Source: Isurus oxyrinchus (Eukaryota). Taken from it: a stretch of DNA of 64,000 nucleotides. Shown piece by piece: positions 48,981-62,243 of the stretch; position 1 is the first letter of the stretch; each line of letters opens with the position of its first letter. The position numbers were made by a program, and so were the translations under genes. The notes beneath the pieces were generated by a model. That model was not told the DNA's origin, ran no database searches, and saw only the letters and a program-made list of their open reading frames with translations. Where the stretch lies: NCBI GenBank assembly GCA_026770705.1, contig JANJGN010000026.1, forward strand, positions 23,994,001 to 24,058,000, read 5' to 3'.

Positions 48981-49699
48981 AGATATACTCGGGGATTATG
49001 ACAACTTGGGTACCTTCGCGAATCGTTTTATATGAAAAGACTAAGCTATTTGATTCAGGTAAAATATCATTCAAACGGTGTAACGTGTTCATTAATGTTT
49101 TTTCTTAATACCAATTGTGTAACAGCAACAAATTAAATGGAGCTTCACTCGGTACAATGGTGTGTTCCAGTTATATAAATACATTCAGAGAAGTAATTTA
49201 TATTCGCTGCTTTGAATCTTACATTTCTCATGAATTGAATGTACGTACGCTGTCGAATTGTTTTTATTCTCATTTTATTTGAAACTAATATTTATAAGAT
49301 TGTTTGTGTGGGAACATACTGGATAACAGCAGGGCTGGCAAAGTTTGAGGGTTATTTTAATCAGATCTAAGTGCACAACCCGGAACTGTGTTGGCAATAG
49401 AAGTAGAAAGGGAGGAGGGTGAGGAAGAGACTTTGGTCGTTGTTGGGTGATGTCAAACCACCAACTTTTCAGTTAATATTGGGACGCACTGACTACTTAT
49501 GCCACAAAGGCGAGGTACAGCAAAGGAATCAAGGGCTATCGGGATCGGCTGGGAAATTGGTTTTGAGGCCCAGGATCCGCCATAATCTTATGAAGTAGCT
49601 AAGCAGGCTCGAGGGGTCTTTGTAGCAGACTCCTGGTCTGGTTTCTTATGTTCCCATTCAGTGCCGATACCAGCCAAGATGGCGATCGGTTCCCTGGGC

Positions 49700-49782
49700 G
49701 GTAGTGCGGCCGAGCGGTCTAAGGTGCTGTGCTTAAATGCTAGCCTTTATACAGGGCATGGATTCAAATCCCACCACAGCCA
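49700..49782 (+). pseudogene. tRNA-Leu-like pseudogene (anticodon position reads TAA)
   Basis: GGTAGTG-CG-GCCGAGCGGTCTAAGG...long variable arm...TTCAAATCCCAC-CACAGCCA aligns with eukaryotic tRNA-Leu. It has U8 to C and mismatches in the acceptor, anticodon and T stems. Confidence 0.75.
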
Positions 49783-51054
49783 GATGATCGCTTTGGGGAC
49801 TTCGTGCGTATGGCTTCCGGCGCTGTGAAAATTTATAGCACGAAAGTAAGCGATGTTTCCGAGTGGTCGAAATTCCGAGGAGAGGAAATGTGAATATAAA
49901 TTACAGGACGACTGGGGGAAGGCAGGCATAGTGAGACTAGTTGAGTTGCTCTTCCAAGAGCCAGCATGAAAATGATGGGCCGAATGATCTCCTTTTCTTT
50001 AACCATTTTATATGAATCCTATTGGTGGGCGCGCAGTGTCGGCAGGCGGATTCTCCGCACCCAGGGTCACATCCTGCCGACTACACTTCTCATTCCTGAT
50101 TTTGGCCCAGTGTCTATAGATAATATAGAATTATCTGTTCAATGGAATAAAAAACACAATCAAACACGAAATTTGCTGTCGGATTTGTGAAAAAAAAACT
50201 TGCTGCCGGGTTTGTGAAAAAAAGCTGAGCCAATTTGGTGATTTCTTTGTTTTCTGAGAGTTTGTCTGTCCTTGGGTCTCTGTCACTCTCTGTCTATATG
50301 TCTGTGTGTGTTCCTCTGTGTGTGTCGATGCGTTTCAGTTCCCTATTCTTACCAATCAAAACTTTATTCACATTAGGTGTGTAGCTTCATATTAAAAACG
50401 TACAAACAAAAACGAGCAGGTTTAAAACATGCAAGAGGGGAATTCCTGCTCTAATTGTTTTTGAGCCCAAGTACCCGTATGTTACAAAGTGGGGGATGTC
50501 TGACATTTACACTGTGCAACATTAAAACAGACAGAAACCGAGTCCTTGTAGTCGAGGAGTTAAGGCAATGGACGCACCGAGAGAATGAATTTGTAAATAC
50601 AAATAGTCCAAACTGAAATCCCTCAGACCTTAGGAACTGTTTCTACTGCGGTCATACCTGCCAAATCACAAATGTTACAGGTTATAATCACCTGGAAAGG
50701 CTGAACAGTCTGAAGTTCTTTTCTGTAGAAAAAGGAAGGCTGAGCGCTGACCTTATAGAAATGGAATGCTTTGTCCCTGTATTGTCGAGGCTTCCACCTG
50801 CTGAACCTGATCAAACAAACAATGAAACGTTTAGAAACATAGAAAGAAATGTTTACATTAAGGTGTAGTTCTTAAGATCATATTTGGCATTTGCTGGACC
50901 AGCATTTTTGTCGAACTGCCTCTCTGTGTCATTAAATTGCATAACTAACTACATTCAGAAGTACTCCATCAGCTCTACAGTGCCTTCGTTGTCCTGAGGT
51001 TCTGTTTAAATGCAAGTTTTTTCTTTCACTTCTTTTTCGCCTTTCAGTTAACAA

Positions 51055-53670
51055 TCACAGAACCATAGAAAAGTTACAGCACAGAAGGAGGCCATCCGGC
51101 CCATCTTGTCCATGCCAGCCCAAGGACACCCAGGTGCCCTTTCTAATCCCACCTTCCTGCACCCGGCCCATAGCCCCACATCTTTCAGCACTTAAAGTGC
51201 AGATCCAGGTAATTTTTAAAAGAGGTTAGAGTTTCTGCCTCTACCACCAACTTGGGCAGCAAATTCCAGACACCCACTACCCTCTGCATAAAGAAGTTCT
51301 TCCTCGTGTCCCCCTTGCACCTTCTGCCACTTATTTTGAATCTATGTCCTCTGGTTCTAGAATTGCACACCAAGGGAAACAATTTTATCCTGCCACTCTA
51401 TTTATTCCCCTCATAATTTTGTGCACCTCAATCAAGTCACCTCTCAGCCTTCTTTGTTCTAAGGAAAATAACCCCAAACTATCCAATTTCTCCACATAGT
51501 TACACTTTCCTAACCCTGGCAACATTCTTGTAAACCTCCTTTGCACTCTTTCTAGAGCTATGACATCCTTCCTGAAATGTGGTGACCAGAACTGCACACA
51601 ATACGCCAGTTGTGGCCTCACCAGTGTTTTATACAATTCCAGCATTATACCCTTACTTTTATATTCTATACCTCTGCCAGTGAAGGAGAGCATTCCATAT
51701 GCCTTCTTTACAACCTTGTCTACATGAACTGCTGCCTTCAGGGACCTGTGTAATTGTATGCCAAGATCTCTCACTTCATCTACCCCTCTTAGTATATTCC
51801 CATTTATTGTGTAATCCTTGTAACTGTTTGACCTCCCTAAATGTATGACCTCACACTTCGCTACATTAAAATCCATCTGCCACTTTACTGCCCACTCCAC
51901 CAACCTATCTATATCGTTTTGGAGATTATGACTATCCTCTACATTATCCACTACTCGACCAATCTTTGTGTCATCTGCAAATTTCCCAAACCTGCCCCCA
52001 AGTTCACGTCCAAATCGTTAATATATAACACAAACAGCAAGGGTCCCAACACCAAGCCCTGTGGAACACCACTTGAGACAATTTTCCATTTGCAAGGACA
52101 TCCATCGACCATTACCCTCTGTTTCCTGTTACAAAGCCAACATTTTATCCGGTTTGCCACATTACCCTGAATCCCATTGGCTTTTACTTTCCTGACCAAT
52201 CTGTCATGTGGGACCTTGTCAAATGCCTTGCTAAAATCCATGTACATAACATCCACTGCACTACCTTCATCAACCCTTCTTGTCACTTCCTCAAAGAATT
52301 CAATCAAATTTTTCAGGCAAGGCCTTCCTTTAACATATCCATGCTGACCATCCCTGACTAATCCATGCCTTTCCACATGACAGTTAATCTTATCTCTCAG
52401 GATTGATTCTACTAACTTGCTCACCACCGATGTAAGACTAACTGGCCTATAATTGTTAGACATTTCCTTTGATCCCTTTTTAAACGATGGAACTATGTTT
52501 GCATTTCTCCAGTCCTCCGGTACCTCCCCTGTATCTAGTGAAGATTGGAAATTCGTCCTCAGAGCATCTGTTATCTCCTCCCTGACTTCCTTCAGCAGCC
52601 TCAGAAACAATTCATCTGGCCCTGGTGTCTTCTCAACTTTCAAGGATTTCAAACCTTCCAGTACTTCCTCTCTCTTTATGACTATCCCGTCCAATATCTC
52701 GCAGTGTTCCTCCAGGACTACTATATCCACATCCTCCTTTTTCTGTGTAAATACAGAGACAAAATATTCATTCAAAACTCTTCCCACAGCCTCTGCATCT
52801 ACATACAAGTTTCAATCTTCATCTCTGATAGGTCCCACTTTTTCCTTAACTAACCTTTTTGCATTAATGTATTGGTAAAACATCTTTGGGTTATCTTTAA
52901 CTTTACTTGCTAATCTTTTTTCATGCCCTCTCTTTGATTTCCTTATTTCCTTTTTTTACTTCATCCCTGCACTTCCTATATTCGCCTAGGCTATCTGCAG
53001 TGTTTAGTTCTTTGTGCCTATTGTACGCTTTCTTTTTCTGTTTGACCTTCCCCGTATTCCTCTAGATAACCACGGGGGGTCTAGATTTGGGGGTCTTATT
53101 TTTGCAGGTGACATGTCTACTTTATGCAATTATGATGTCGCTTTTTAGTCCTTCCCACTGTTTTATCCTCCAGCAGTGCTGTTCAGTCCACCTCGGCCAA
53201 GTCCCTTCTCATTTCTGCAAAATTTGCCTTCCCCCAGTTCAAGGCTTTTACTCCTTCCTTATCTCTGTCCTTTTACATTGTAATGTTAAATCTAACTGAA
53301 TTGTGAATTGTGATCACTGTCCCCAACTGTCACTTCACCCACTTGCCCTTCTTCGTTCCCCAAGACTAGGCCTAGAATTGCATCTCCTCTCGTTGGGTTT
53401 GTCACTAATTGGTTGAAAAAATTTTCCTGGACACACTGCATGAATTTTATCCCCTCAGTGCCCCTTATATTGTTTAAATCCCAGTTGATATTAGGATAGT
53501 TGAAGTATCTTACTATTATTGCCCTCTTGTTCTTACAAGCAGAAATTTGCCTACATATTTGTTCTTCTATCTTCCTTTCACTATTTAGGAGTCTATAGTA
53601 TACTCCCAGTAGTATGACTGCCCCTTTTATTATTTCTAAGCTCAATCCATAAAGCCTCGTTTGTTGACCA
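51055..53670 (-). mobile_element. CR1-type LINE, 5'-truncated, ORF2 broken
   Basis: ORFs 51951-52808 (NYRPVSLTS, YMDFSKAFDKVPH, GVPQG), 51385-51951, 51185-51382 and 53292-53645 (endonuclease part). Confidence 0.92.
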
Positions 53671-53899
53671 TATTGAATGGTGAAGTGTATCTGATTCTTT
53701 CAGTGTCTACTCCACTCTGTATCCCTCTTTGTCTCTGTATATCTGCCTCGATTTCTTTCACCCACACAATCTCTCTGTCCCTTGTCTCAATCTTTTACTC
53801 TTTGCAAAGTCTGAAATTCTGAGATAGTTTGAGTGTGTTCATGCTGAGAGACTGTTTTCCCCCTGGCTGGAGCGTCTAGAACTGGGCTCTCTTTCTTGC

Positions 53900-54262
53900 A
53901 TAAATTACTTTCCCTCCATCGTGAAGTTGGAACTGGGGATACTCGCTGATTGCCGTACAATGTTCAGTACCATTTGTGACTCTTCAGATACTGAAACACT
54001 CTGTGTCAGTTTGCCACAAGACCTAGGTAATATCCAGGATTGGACTGATAATAGCAAATAGCATTCGTACCACACAAGTTCCAGGTAATGGCCATCTCCA
54101 ACAAAAGAGAAGATAACCATCCCCTCATGACATTCAATTGCATGCCATTGTTAAATGCCCCGCTATCAACATCCTGGGTGTTAACATTGACCAGAAACCG
54201 AACTACACCAGTCATAAAAATGATGTGGCTACATGAGTAGGTCAGCGGCTGGGAATTCAAGG
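53900..54262 (+). mobile_element. LINE RT fragment
   Basis: Decayed ...LADCRTMFSTI...FVPHKFQVMAISNKRE...INILGVNIDQKPN frame. Confidence 0.55.
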
Positions 54263-54339
54263 TGAGATGATTCCAAGAACCAAGGGGTTTGACCTCAACC
54301 TCGAAATTTCAAAGATTTGATACATGATTAGCACATCCA

Positions 54340-56205
54340 TATTGGACAGCAAGAGATTCTACAGGCCTTTAAAAGGGAAAAGGGTAAGTAAAGTGAGCGT
54401 TGATCTTCTGGAGAGTGAAAATGGGCAGTTAATAGTATATAATAAGGAAATGGTGGATGAAATTAACAATATTTTGCTTCTGTCTTCACTGTAGAGGATG
54501 CAAAAACATTCCAGTAATAGCTGTAAATCAAAGGATGGAAGGGAGAGGGGAACTTGATGAAATTACAATCACTAGGAAAGTAGTATTGAGCACATTGATG
54601 GAGCTGGGGACTCCCAAGTCTCTGGGCCCTGGTGGCCTTCATCCTAGGGTCTGAAAAGAGGTGGCTAATAAGGTAGCAGGCGCATTGGCGTTAATTTTCC
54701 AAAATTCCCTTGATTCTGGAAAGGTTCCATCAGGCTGGAAAGCAGCAAATATATCCCCTCTATTCAAGAAGGGAGGGAGGCATAAAACAGGTAACAATTG
54801 GCCAGTTAGCTTGACGTCTGTCATGGGGAATGTGTTTGAATCAATCATTAACGAGGTTATATCTGGGCACTCAGAGAAACTTGAATAAGCAGAAAAAGTC
54901 AGCATGGTTTTGTGTAAGGGAAATCATGTTTACCCAATTTATTGGAGTTCCTTGAAGGAGTAACATGCACCGTGGATAAAAGGGAACCTGTGGACGTGCT
55001 GTAGTTTGGTTTCCAGAAGGCATTTGGTAAGGTACCACATCAAAGGTTACTGCAGAAAATAAAAGCTTACGGTGTAGCGTGTAACATGTTAGCACGGATA
55101 GAAGATTGACTGGCTAGATGAAAACAGAAAGTATGCATAAATGAGTATTTTTCTGATTGGCAGGATGTGATGAGCGGAGTCCCACAAGGGCCTGTGCTGA
55201 GGCCTCAGCATTTTACAATTTACATCAATGACTTAGATGAGGGGAGTGAAGATATGGTAGCTAAATTTGCATATGATACAATGATAGGTAGGAAAGTATG
55301 CTGCAAAGAAGACATAAGGAGTTTGCAGTTGGATACAGATGGGTTGAGTAGGTGAGCAAAAATCTGCCAAATGGAGTAAAACGTGGGAAAATGTGAAGTT
55401 GTTCACTTTGGCAAGAAGAATAAAAACCAGAGTATTACTTAAATGGAGAAAGAATGAAGAATTGAGAGGTGCAAAGAGATCTGGTGTATGAGTCACAAAA
55501 AGGTAGTATGCAGGAACAGCAAGCAAATAAATCGATTGATGGAATGCTATCCTTTATTATGAGAGGAATTGAACATAAAAGTAAGGATGTTATACTTCAA
55601 TTATACAGGGCATTGATGACGACACATTTCAAGTATTGTATTCAGGTTTGATCTCCTTATTTGAGGGGAAAATGGAAATTCGTTGGAGTTAGTTCAGTGG
55701 AAGTTTACTGGATTTATACCTTGAATGAACGGGTTGTCTTATGAGGGAAAGTTAGACAGACTGGTCTTGTTTGCACCGGAGTTTAGAAGACCGAGGCGTG
55801 AGTTGGTTGAAGTATTTAAGATCCTGAACGGTATTGACAAGGTGGACCTGGAAAGGGTGCTTCCTCTTGTGGTTGAGTCCAGGACATGAGACGCTGTTTC
55901 AAAATTAGTGGTTGCCCTTTTAGGACAGAGATGAGGAGAATTTTTTCTTTCCTCTCAGAGGGTTATGTGACTTTGGAACTCGCTGCCTCAGAAGATGTTG
56001 GAGGCGGGGTCATTGAATATTTTTAAGGAAGACCTAGATGCATTCTTGTTTGGCAGGTGAATGAAAGGTTATCGGCGGTAGATATCAATGTGGAATTCGA
56101 AACAAAAACAAATTAGCCATGATCTTATCGAATGGTGGAGCAGGCTTGAGGGGCCAAATGACCCATTTCTGCTCCTATTTCATATGTTCAAAAGTTCATA
56201 TGTTC
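54340..56205 (+). mobile_element. Degraded CR1-type LINE
   Basis: LALIFQNSLDSGKVP, PVSLTSV, GVPQG and KFAYDT pieces plus a 3' tail. Confidence 0.85.
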
Positions 56206-56519
56206 TGTGATGCACTTGTTCTTCTCACCTGCAGGGACACCAGTGAGCTCACTGGATTCTGCTGTCATTGTTGCTGTTTTGGGGACTCTGGATTTTCCAG
56301 CAGTCCCCACTCCCCTTCTTCCTGCTGGATAATCGAAGGTCCATGAGATGGTTTTCAGTATTTGTCATAATTCTATTATTTGACCTCTGGGCTCAGTCTC
56401 CAGTCCGTAACAAAAAATTAAATCAGGGTCGAAAATTTGAACAATAATTAATAACAACAAAAACAATAATTGAAACAATTTCAATGGAGGGGCTTTTATT
56501 CAGAGTTCCGAAAGGTGCA

Positions 56520-56896
56520 GACTGTCCCCTATCCACGTAACAGGATGTTAATGCGCAGGCGCAGTGTCGGACAATGGATAGCGCGTGCGTGGAATGGGCA
56601 ATGGCGGTGGAGAGAAGCTTCTTTATCGGATCCGCAAATGGTAAGAATAAGGCGGGGAAGAGTGGTCGTTGGATCTGGCAGGTAGACGTACGAGCTTTTT
56701 AAGCATGTTTTGTAAGTCACAAACCCCGAAAAATAACTTTTCGGCCCCGCGTTTGCACCGAGCGGGACTTCAACTCCCAATGCCAGTCCGGGTTAATGGC
56801 CGTCATATTTATTGGGGGCAATGTACAGCAGAACGCATGCGCTGCCGCCATCTTTGTATGGGGCAATGTTTTGAATGACCGGGAGGAGCTTGTTAC
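56520..56896. promoter_or_regulatory. CpG-rich promoter-like region, probably of the zinc-finger gene
   Basis: High CpG density, NRF1-like TGCGCAGGCGCA (56552-56563) and CGCATGCGC, YY1-like GCCGCCATCTTT (56844-56855), candidate donor ATG|gtaaga at 56641. Confidence 0.55.
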
Positions 56897-57857
56897 ACCC
56901 TGGTCCATTCCTCCATCACCCCCTACTCCTCAACCCCCTCCTATGGCACCACCCCATGCCCACGCAAAAGATGTAACACCTGCCCCTTCACTTCCTCTCT
57001 CCTCACCGTCCAAGGGCCCAAACATTCCTTTCAAGTGAAGCAGCATTTCACTTGCATTTCCCCCAACTTAGTCTACTGCATTCGTTGCTCCCAATGTGGT
57101 CTCCTCTACATTGGAGAGACCAAACGTAAACTGGGCGACCGCTTTGCAGAACACCTGCGGTCTGTCCGCAAGAATGATCCAAACCTCCCTGTCGCTTGCC
57201 ATTTTAACACTCCACCCTGCTCTCTTGCCCACATGTCTGTCCTTGGCTTGCTGCATTGTTCCAGTGAAGCCCAAAGCAAACTGGAGGAACAACACCTCAT
57301 CTTCCGACTAGGCACCTTACAGCCTTCCGGTCTGAATATTGAGTTCAACAACTTTAGGTCGTGAGCTCCCTCCCCCATCCCCACCCCCTTTCTGTTTCCC
57401 CCTTTTTCCCCCTTTTTTTCCCTATAAATTATATAGATTTTTCTTTTCCCACCTATTTCCATTATTTTTAAATATTTTAAAATCTTTTATGCTCTCCCCA
57501 CCCCCACTAGAGCTGTACCTTGAGTGCCCTACCATCCATTCTTAATTAGCACATTCGTTTAGATAATATCACCAACTTTAACTTTAACACCTATGTGTTC
57601 TTTTGTACCATTGTCGCTGACATCTTTTGATGATCTGCTTCTATCACTGCTTGTTTGTCTACACAACCACCTCTCTCTCTCCCTATCTCTCCGCCCCCCC
57701 CACACACACACCTTAAACCAGCTTATATTTCAACTCTTTCTTGGACTCGAAATCAAGTTCTGTCGAAGGGTCATGAGGACTCGAAACGTCAACTCTTTTC
57801 TTCTCCGCCGATGCTGCCAGACCTGCTGAGTTTTTCCAGGTAATTCTGTTTTTGTTT
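56897..57857 (+). mobile_element. Young Penelope-like element 3' fragment with an intact GIY-YIG endonuclease frame
   Basis: ORF 57035-57364 reads NLVYCIRCSQCGLLYIGETKRKLGDRFAEHLRS...EEQHLIFRLGTLQPSGLN. Perfect 13 bp TSD AGGAGCTTGTTAC at 56884-56896 and 57858-57870. Confidence 0.92.
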
Positions 57858-58399
57858 AGGAGCTTGTTACTCATTGTTCAGAATGATGACAACTTGTCCA
57901 TCAAGCTGCATTAACCTTTGAGTCCCAATGTCTTATTAATGAGGCGGAACGGCGGCAGAGAAGGAAGCAAGTCATGCTCTCCTGATCCAACTACCTCATG
58001 GATGTCCTGCTCCATGCACCCAAAGATCTGCAGCTCTGTTCAGTTGTATGAAGACCCACAGCAGAAACTCGCGATCCTAAGTAAGCATCATCCTTGAATC
58101 GAGGGACTGCTGATGACGGTGAGGGGCAATGCATGCGCGGTCATCCTGGGCCAGAAATGAGGAGCAGAGATTGTTGTGAATTTCTATCCTGGACAGACAG
58201 GTATGGATTTTGGAAACTCCTTTTACAGAGTGAGTTAGAAGGGAGACTGGACGGACAGTGATAGCTTTTGTAAACTTCTTATACAGGGTATTAGAAGAGG
58301 ATTTGTAGTTAGGAAACTCAAATGAAACATCACATCAAAATCTGATAGAATCACTCAATTCATCAGGACCTAAATATTATTGGTCTTTGTGTATAAGCA

Positions 58400-58720
58400 T
58401 TGAGTTCCAGGTCATTATCACTCACTGTGTAAAAATTATTCCTCACATCTCTCTGTAGATTTTGCCCCAACTCTTAAATCTGTACCTATACTTTTACAAT
58501 CAGCTAATTGGAAAAGCTTTACTTTACCTCCCTTATCTAAATCTATCATGGAGTTCTACACCTCAATCAAACCTCCCCTCAACTTCCTTTGCTCCAAGGA
58601 GAACAATCCCAGTTCCTCTAACCTATCATTGCGACTAAAGCCCCTCATCCCTGGAACCATTCTGGCAAATCTCTGCACCCTCTCAAGGACCCTCACATCC
58701 TTCATAATGTGTGGTGATCA
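58400..58720 (-). mobile_element. CR1-type LINE fragment
   Basis: Minus strand reads SPHIMKDVRVLERVQRFARMVPGMRG...LGLFSLEQRKLRG. Confidence 0.75.
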
Positions 58721-59649
58721 CTGGTTTGCACAGATCCAGATGTTCTGTGTTCATGTCTGTGATGTCATCACGCACCAACAATTGCGCGGTGACATCACCC
58801 CGCTCCCCGGGTGTTTCCTCAACTGCGAGATTTTTCTCTGACTCCAGTGCTTCTGATATCTTTCTAGCTGCAGGCTCCAGCAGGAGATCTTAAAATTGAA
58901 AACAGGGAAATAGTTTCAGAGGTGACTATTTTGACCATTCATCTACCATTTAGAGCTCTGTTATCTGTGAGAGGTTCTATGTCTCTGGGACTGGTGTGAC
59001 TCCTTTACTGTGGATCTGAATCCATGTCCATCCATTGTTCTATTTCACCTCTTCCCTCTCTGATCACCTCTCTGTCATTGTCTAACTTTCTCTGCCTCGA
59101 ATAATGGGTGTAGTTTAGTTATGTTTAGTAGTTTAATGCCACTTCTGCTGAACATGTCAAAATGAGATTCCCACCCCTGCCCATCCCCTTCCATGTGCTG
59201 CTGGCTTTCCAGTTTTATCTTCCCACAGTATCTTTCATAGTCAGGAATTGCTGTATTTCTCTTCCACTTCTGAACTTATATTGACGATCAAATTCTGCAC
59301 CATTTTTATTCCCCGTAATTCTTTCTGCAACCCTGAAGCATTAACTCTGTTTCTTCCTCCATAGATACTGCCTGACCTGTCACTGACACTGTCCATACAC
59401 TGTAAAAGTGGAACTAGTATTTCTGCAGGTTGCTTTAATCTATCTTACATGCTTTTAAAATTTATTCTGGGGATTTAGGCATCACTAACAAGAACAGCAG
59501 CAGATATTGCCAAACCCAGTTGCCTGAGGAGAAGATGATGTTTGACCTTCTTGAACCGCTGTGGTCCTTGTGATCCCACAATGCTGTCAGATAAGGAGTT
59601 ACAGGTTACTCACCCAGTGATGATGAAGGAACGGTGATATATCTCCAAG

Positions 59650-60328
59650 TCAACAACAACAATTTGTATTTATTTAGCACGTTTAACATGATAAAACTTT
59701 CCAAGACATTTCAACACCAAGCTACATAAGGAGATATTAGAACAGTTGGTCAAAAAGCTTGGTTTTAAGGAGTGCCTTAAAGGACGAAAGTGAGGTAGAG
59801 AGGCAGAGAAGTTTAGGGAGGAAATTCCACAGCATATGGCCTTGGAACTGATGGCACAACCACCAAAGCTGGAACAGTTAAAAATGGGTCCTGAGACAGG
59901 AGGAGATTCTAGAGACATGATGGGGCCATGGAGGAATTTGAAAATAAGGATGAGGATTTTAACTTTTAGTTGTTTCTTAACCAGGAGCATTTGTCACTCA
60001 GCAAGCACAGGGGTGATGGGTGAATAAGATTTGGTGCAAGTAAGCACACAAGCAGCAGAGATTTGGATGACCTCAAGATTACAGGGAGGTTGAATGTGGG
60101 AGGCCAGCCAGGAGTGTTAGGATGTTGAGTCTAGAGGTAACAAAGGAATGGATGAGAGTTTCAGCAACAGATGAGCTGAGAGTAGGGTGGAGTCGGCAAT
60201 GTTACTGAGGTGGAAATGGCCAGTATTGGTGATGATGCAGATATCTGGTTGGAAGCTCAACTTGGGGCCAAATTGACAGTTGGCAGGGACAGGGATGGAA
60301 TCGGTGGCTAGAAAGCGGAGTTTGTACT
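59650..60328 (-). mobile_element. Old L2-like LINE fragment
   Basis: Minus-strand ...VKILILIFKFLHG...LWNFLPKLLCLSTSLSSFKALLK-like remnants with a short repeat tail. Confidence 0.5.
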
Positions 60329-60329
60329 A

Positions 60330-61562
60330 TAAGACCATAAGACATAGGAGCAGAAATTAGGCCATTCGGCCCATCAAGTCTGCTCCGCCATTCAATCATG
60401 GCTGATAAGTTTCTCAACCCCATTCTCCCGTCTCCTCCCTGTAACCTTTGATCCTCTTACCAGTCAAGAACCTATCTATCTCAGTCTTAATTACACTCAA
60501 TGACCTGGCCTCCACAGCCTTCTGTGGCAATGAATTCCATAGATTCACCACTCTCTGGCTAAAGAAGTTTCTCCTCATCTCTGTTCTAAAAGGTCTTTCC
60601 TTTACTCTGAGGCTGTACCCTCAGGTCCTAGTCTCTCCTATTAATGGAAACATCTTCCCCATGTCCTCTCTATCCAGGCCTTTCAGTATTCTGTAAGTTT
60701 CAATCAGATTCCCCTTCATCCTTCTAAAATCCGAGTATAGACCCAAAGTCCTCAAATGTTCCTCATATGTTAAGCCTTTCATTCCTGGGATCGTTCTGGT
60801 GAACCTCCTCCGGACCCTCTTCAGGGCCAGCACATCCTTCCTGAGATACGGGGCCCAAAATTGCTCACAATATTCTAAATGTAGTCTGACCAGAGCCTTA
60901 TAAAGCCTGAACAGCACATCCCTGCTTTTATATTCTAGTCCTCTCGAAATAAATGCCAACATTGCATTTACCTTCCTAACTACCGACTCAACCTGCAAGT
61001 TAACCTTAAGAGAATCCTGGACTAGGACTCCCAAGTCCCTTTGCACTCCAGATTTCTGAATTCTCTCCCCATTTAGAAAATAGTCTATGCCTCTATTCTT
61101 CCCACCAAACTGCATGACCTCACACTTCCCCACGTTGTATTCCATCTGCCACTTCTTTGCCCATTCTCTTAACCTGTCTAAACCCTTCTGCAGCCTCCCC
61201 GCCTCCTCAATACTACCTGTCCCTCCACCTATCTTTGTGTCATCTGCAAACTTAGCCAGAATGCCCTCAGTTCCTTCATTTAGATCATTAATGTATAAAG
61301 TGAAAAGTTGTGATCCCAACACTGACCCTTGTAGAACTCCACCAGTCACCGGCCGCCATCCTGAGAAGGGCCCCTTATCCCACTCTCTGCCTCCTGGCAG
61401 ACAGCCAATCTTCTATCCATGCCAGTACCTTGCCTCTAACACCATGGGCTCTTATCTTACTGAGCAGCCTCCTGTGCGGCACCTTGTCAAAGGCCTTCTG
61501 GAAGTCCAAGTAGATAACATCCATTGGCTCATCTTTGTCTAACCTGCTCGTTACCTCCACAA
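60330..61562 (-). mobile_element. CR1-type LINE 3' portion
   Basis: ORFs 61375-61560 (YLDFQKAFDKVPH) and 60621-61349 (QGSVLG, KFADDTK). ATAAGAC repeat tail. Confidence 0.92.
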
Positions 61563-61806
61563 AGAATGCAGACTGAAGACAATGACTTCAACCTTCCCAC
61601 TGTTTAATAGGAGGAAATTTCTGCTCATCCAGTACTGGATGCCAGACAAGTCAGGATGTTGTGTGACTTGGAGATGATGTTGTTCACACACACCTGTTAC
61701 CCTGGTCCTTCTGAGTGTTGGAGGCTCCGGGTTTGGGAGATTCTGTCAAAGTTCTGGTCGAGTTGTGGATTTATAAAATGTCTGCCCTTTGCCCTGCCTC
61801 TCCCAA

Positions 61807-61807
<1 letters not shown>

Positions 61808-61862
<55 letters not shown>

Positions 61863-61885
61863 CCTCTCTCCTTCTCTCTCTCTTT
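61808..61885. repeat. (CT)n microsatellite
   Basis: Directly visible in the sequence. Confidence 0.95.
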
Positions 61886-62243
61886 CCATCTCTTCCCCTC
61901 CATCCATGGAAGGCCAAGCCTTGTGTAGGTCCAGACTGGGTGGCAGGTTCCCTTCTCTGAAGGACATTAGTGAACTAGTTAGGTTTTTATGACAATCCAG
62001 CAGTTTTCATGGTCACTTTTTCCTTGTGCCGGCTGCGCAAATTACCAAATTCATTCAGCTCAATTTCACAACCTGTCTATGTTTTTGTGGGTTCTCTCTC
62101 ACTCCTTTTTTTCTGTTTTAAATCAATTTCACAGGGGATTAGAAGGCGAGGATTTGCAGTCAGGAAGCTCGAACCCAAAATCACATCAGGATCTGACAAA
62201 GTCGCCCAATTTGTTGTAAACTGAAAATCATCGGATTTTGAAC

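Noticed and set aside
49059-49067. ttcag|GTA AAA TAT as TM2 (VK)
   Set aside because: Weak pyrimidine tract and no stop after VK.
49700-49782. Functional tRNA-Leu(TAA)
   Set aside because: Broken anticodon stem, U8 to C, and acceptor and T-stem mismatches. Reported as a pseudogene.
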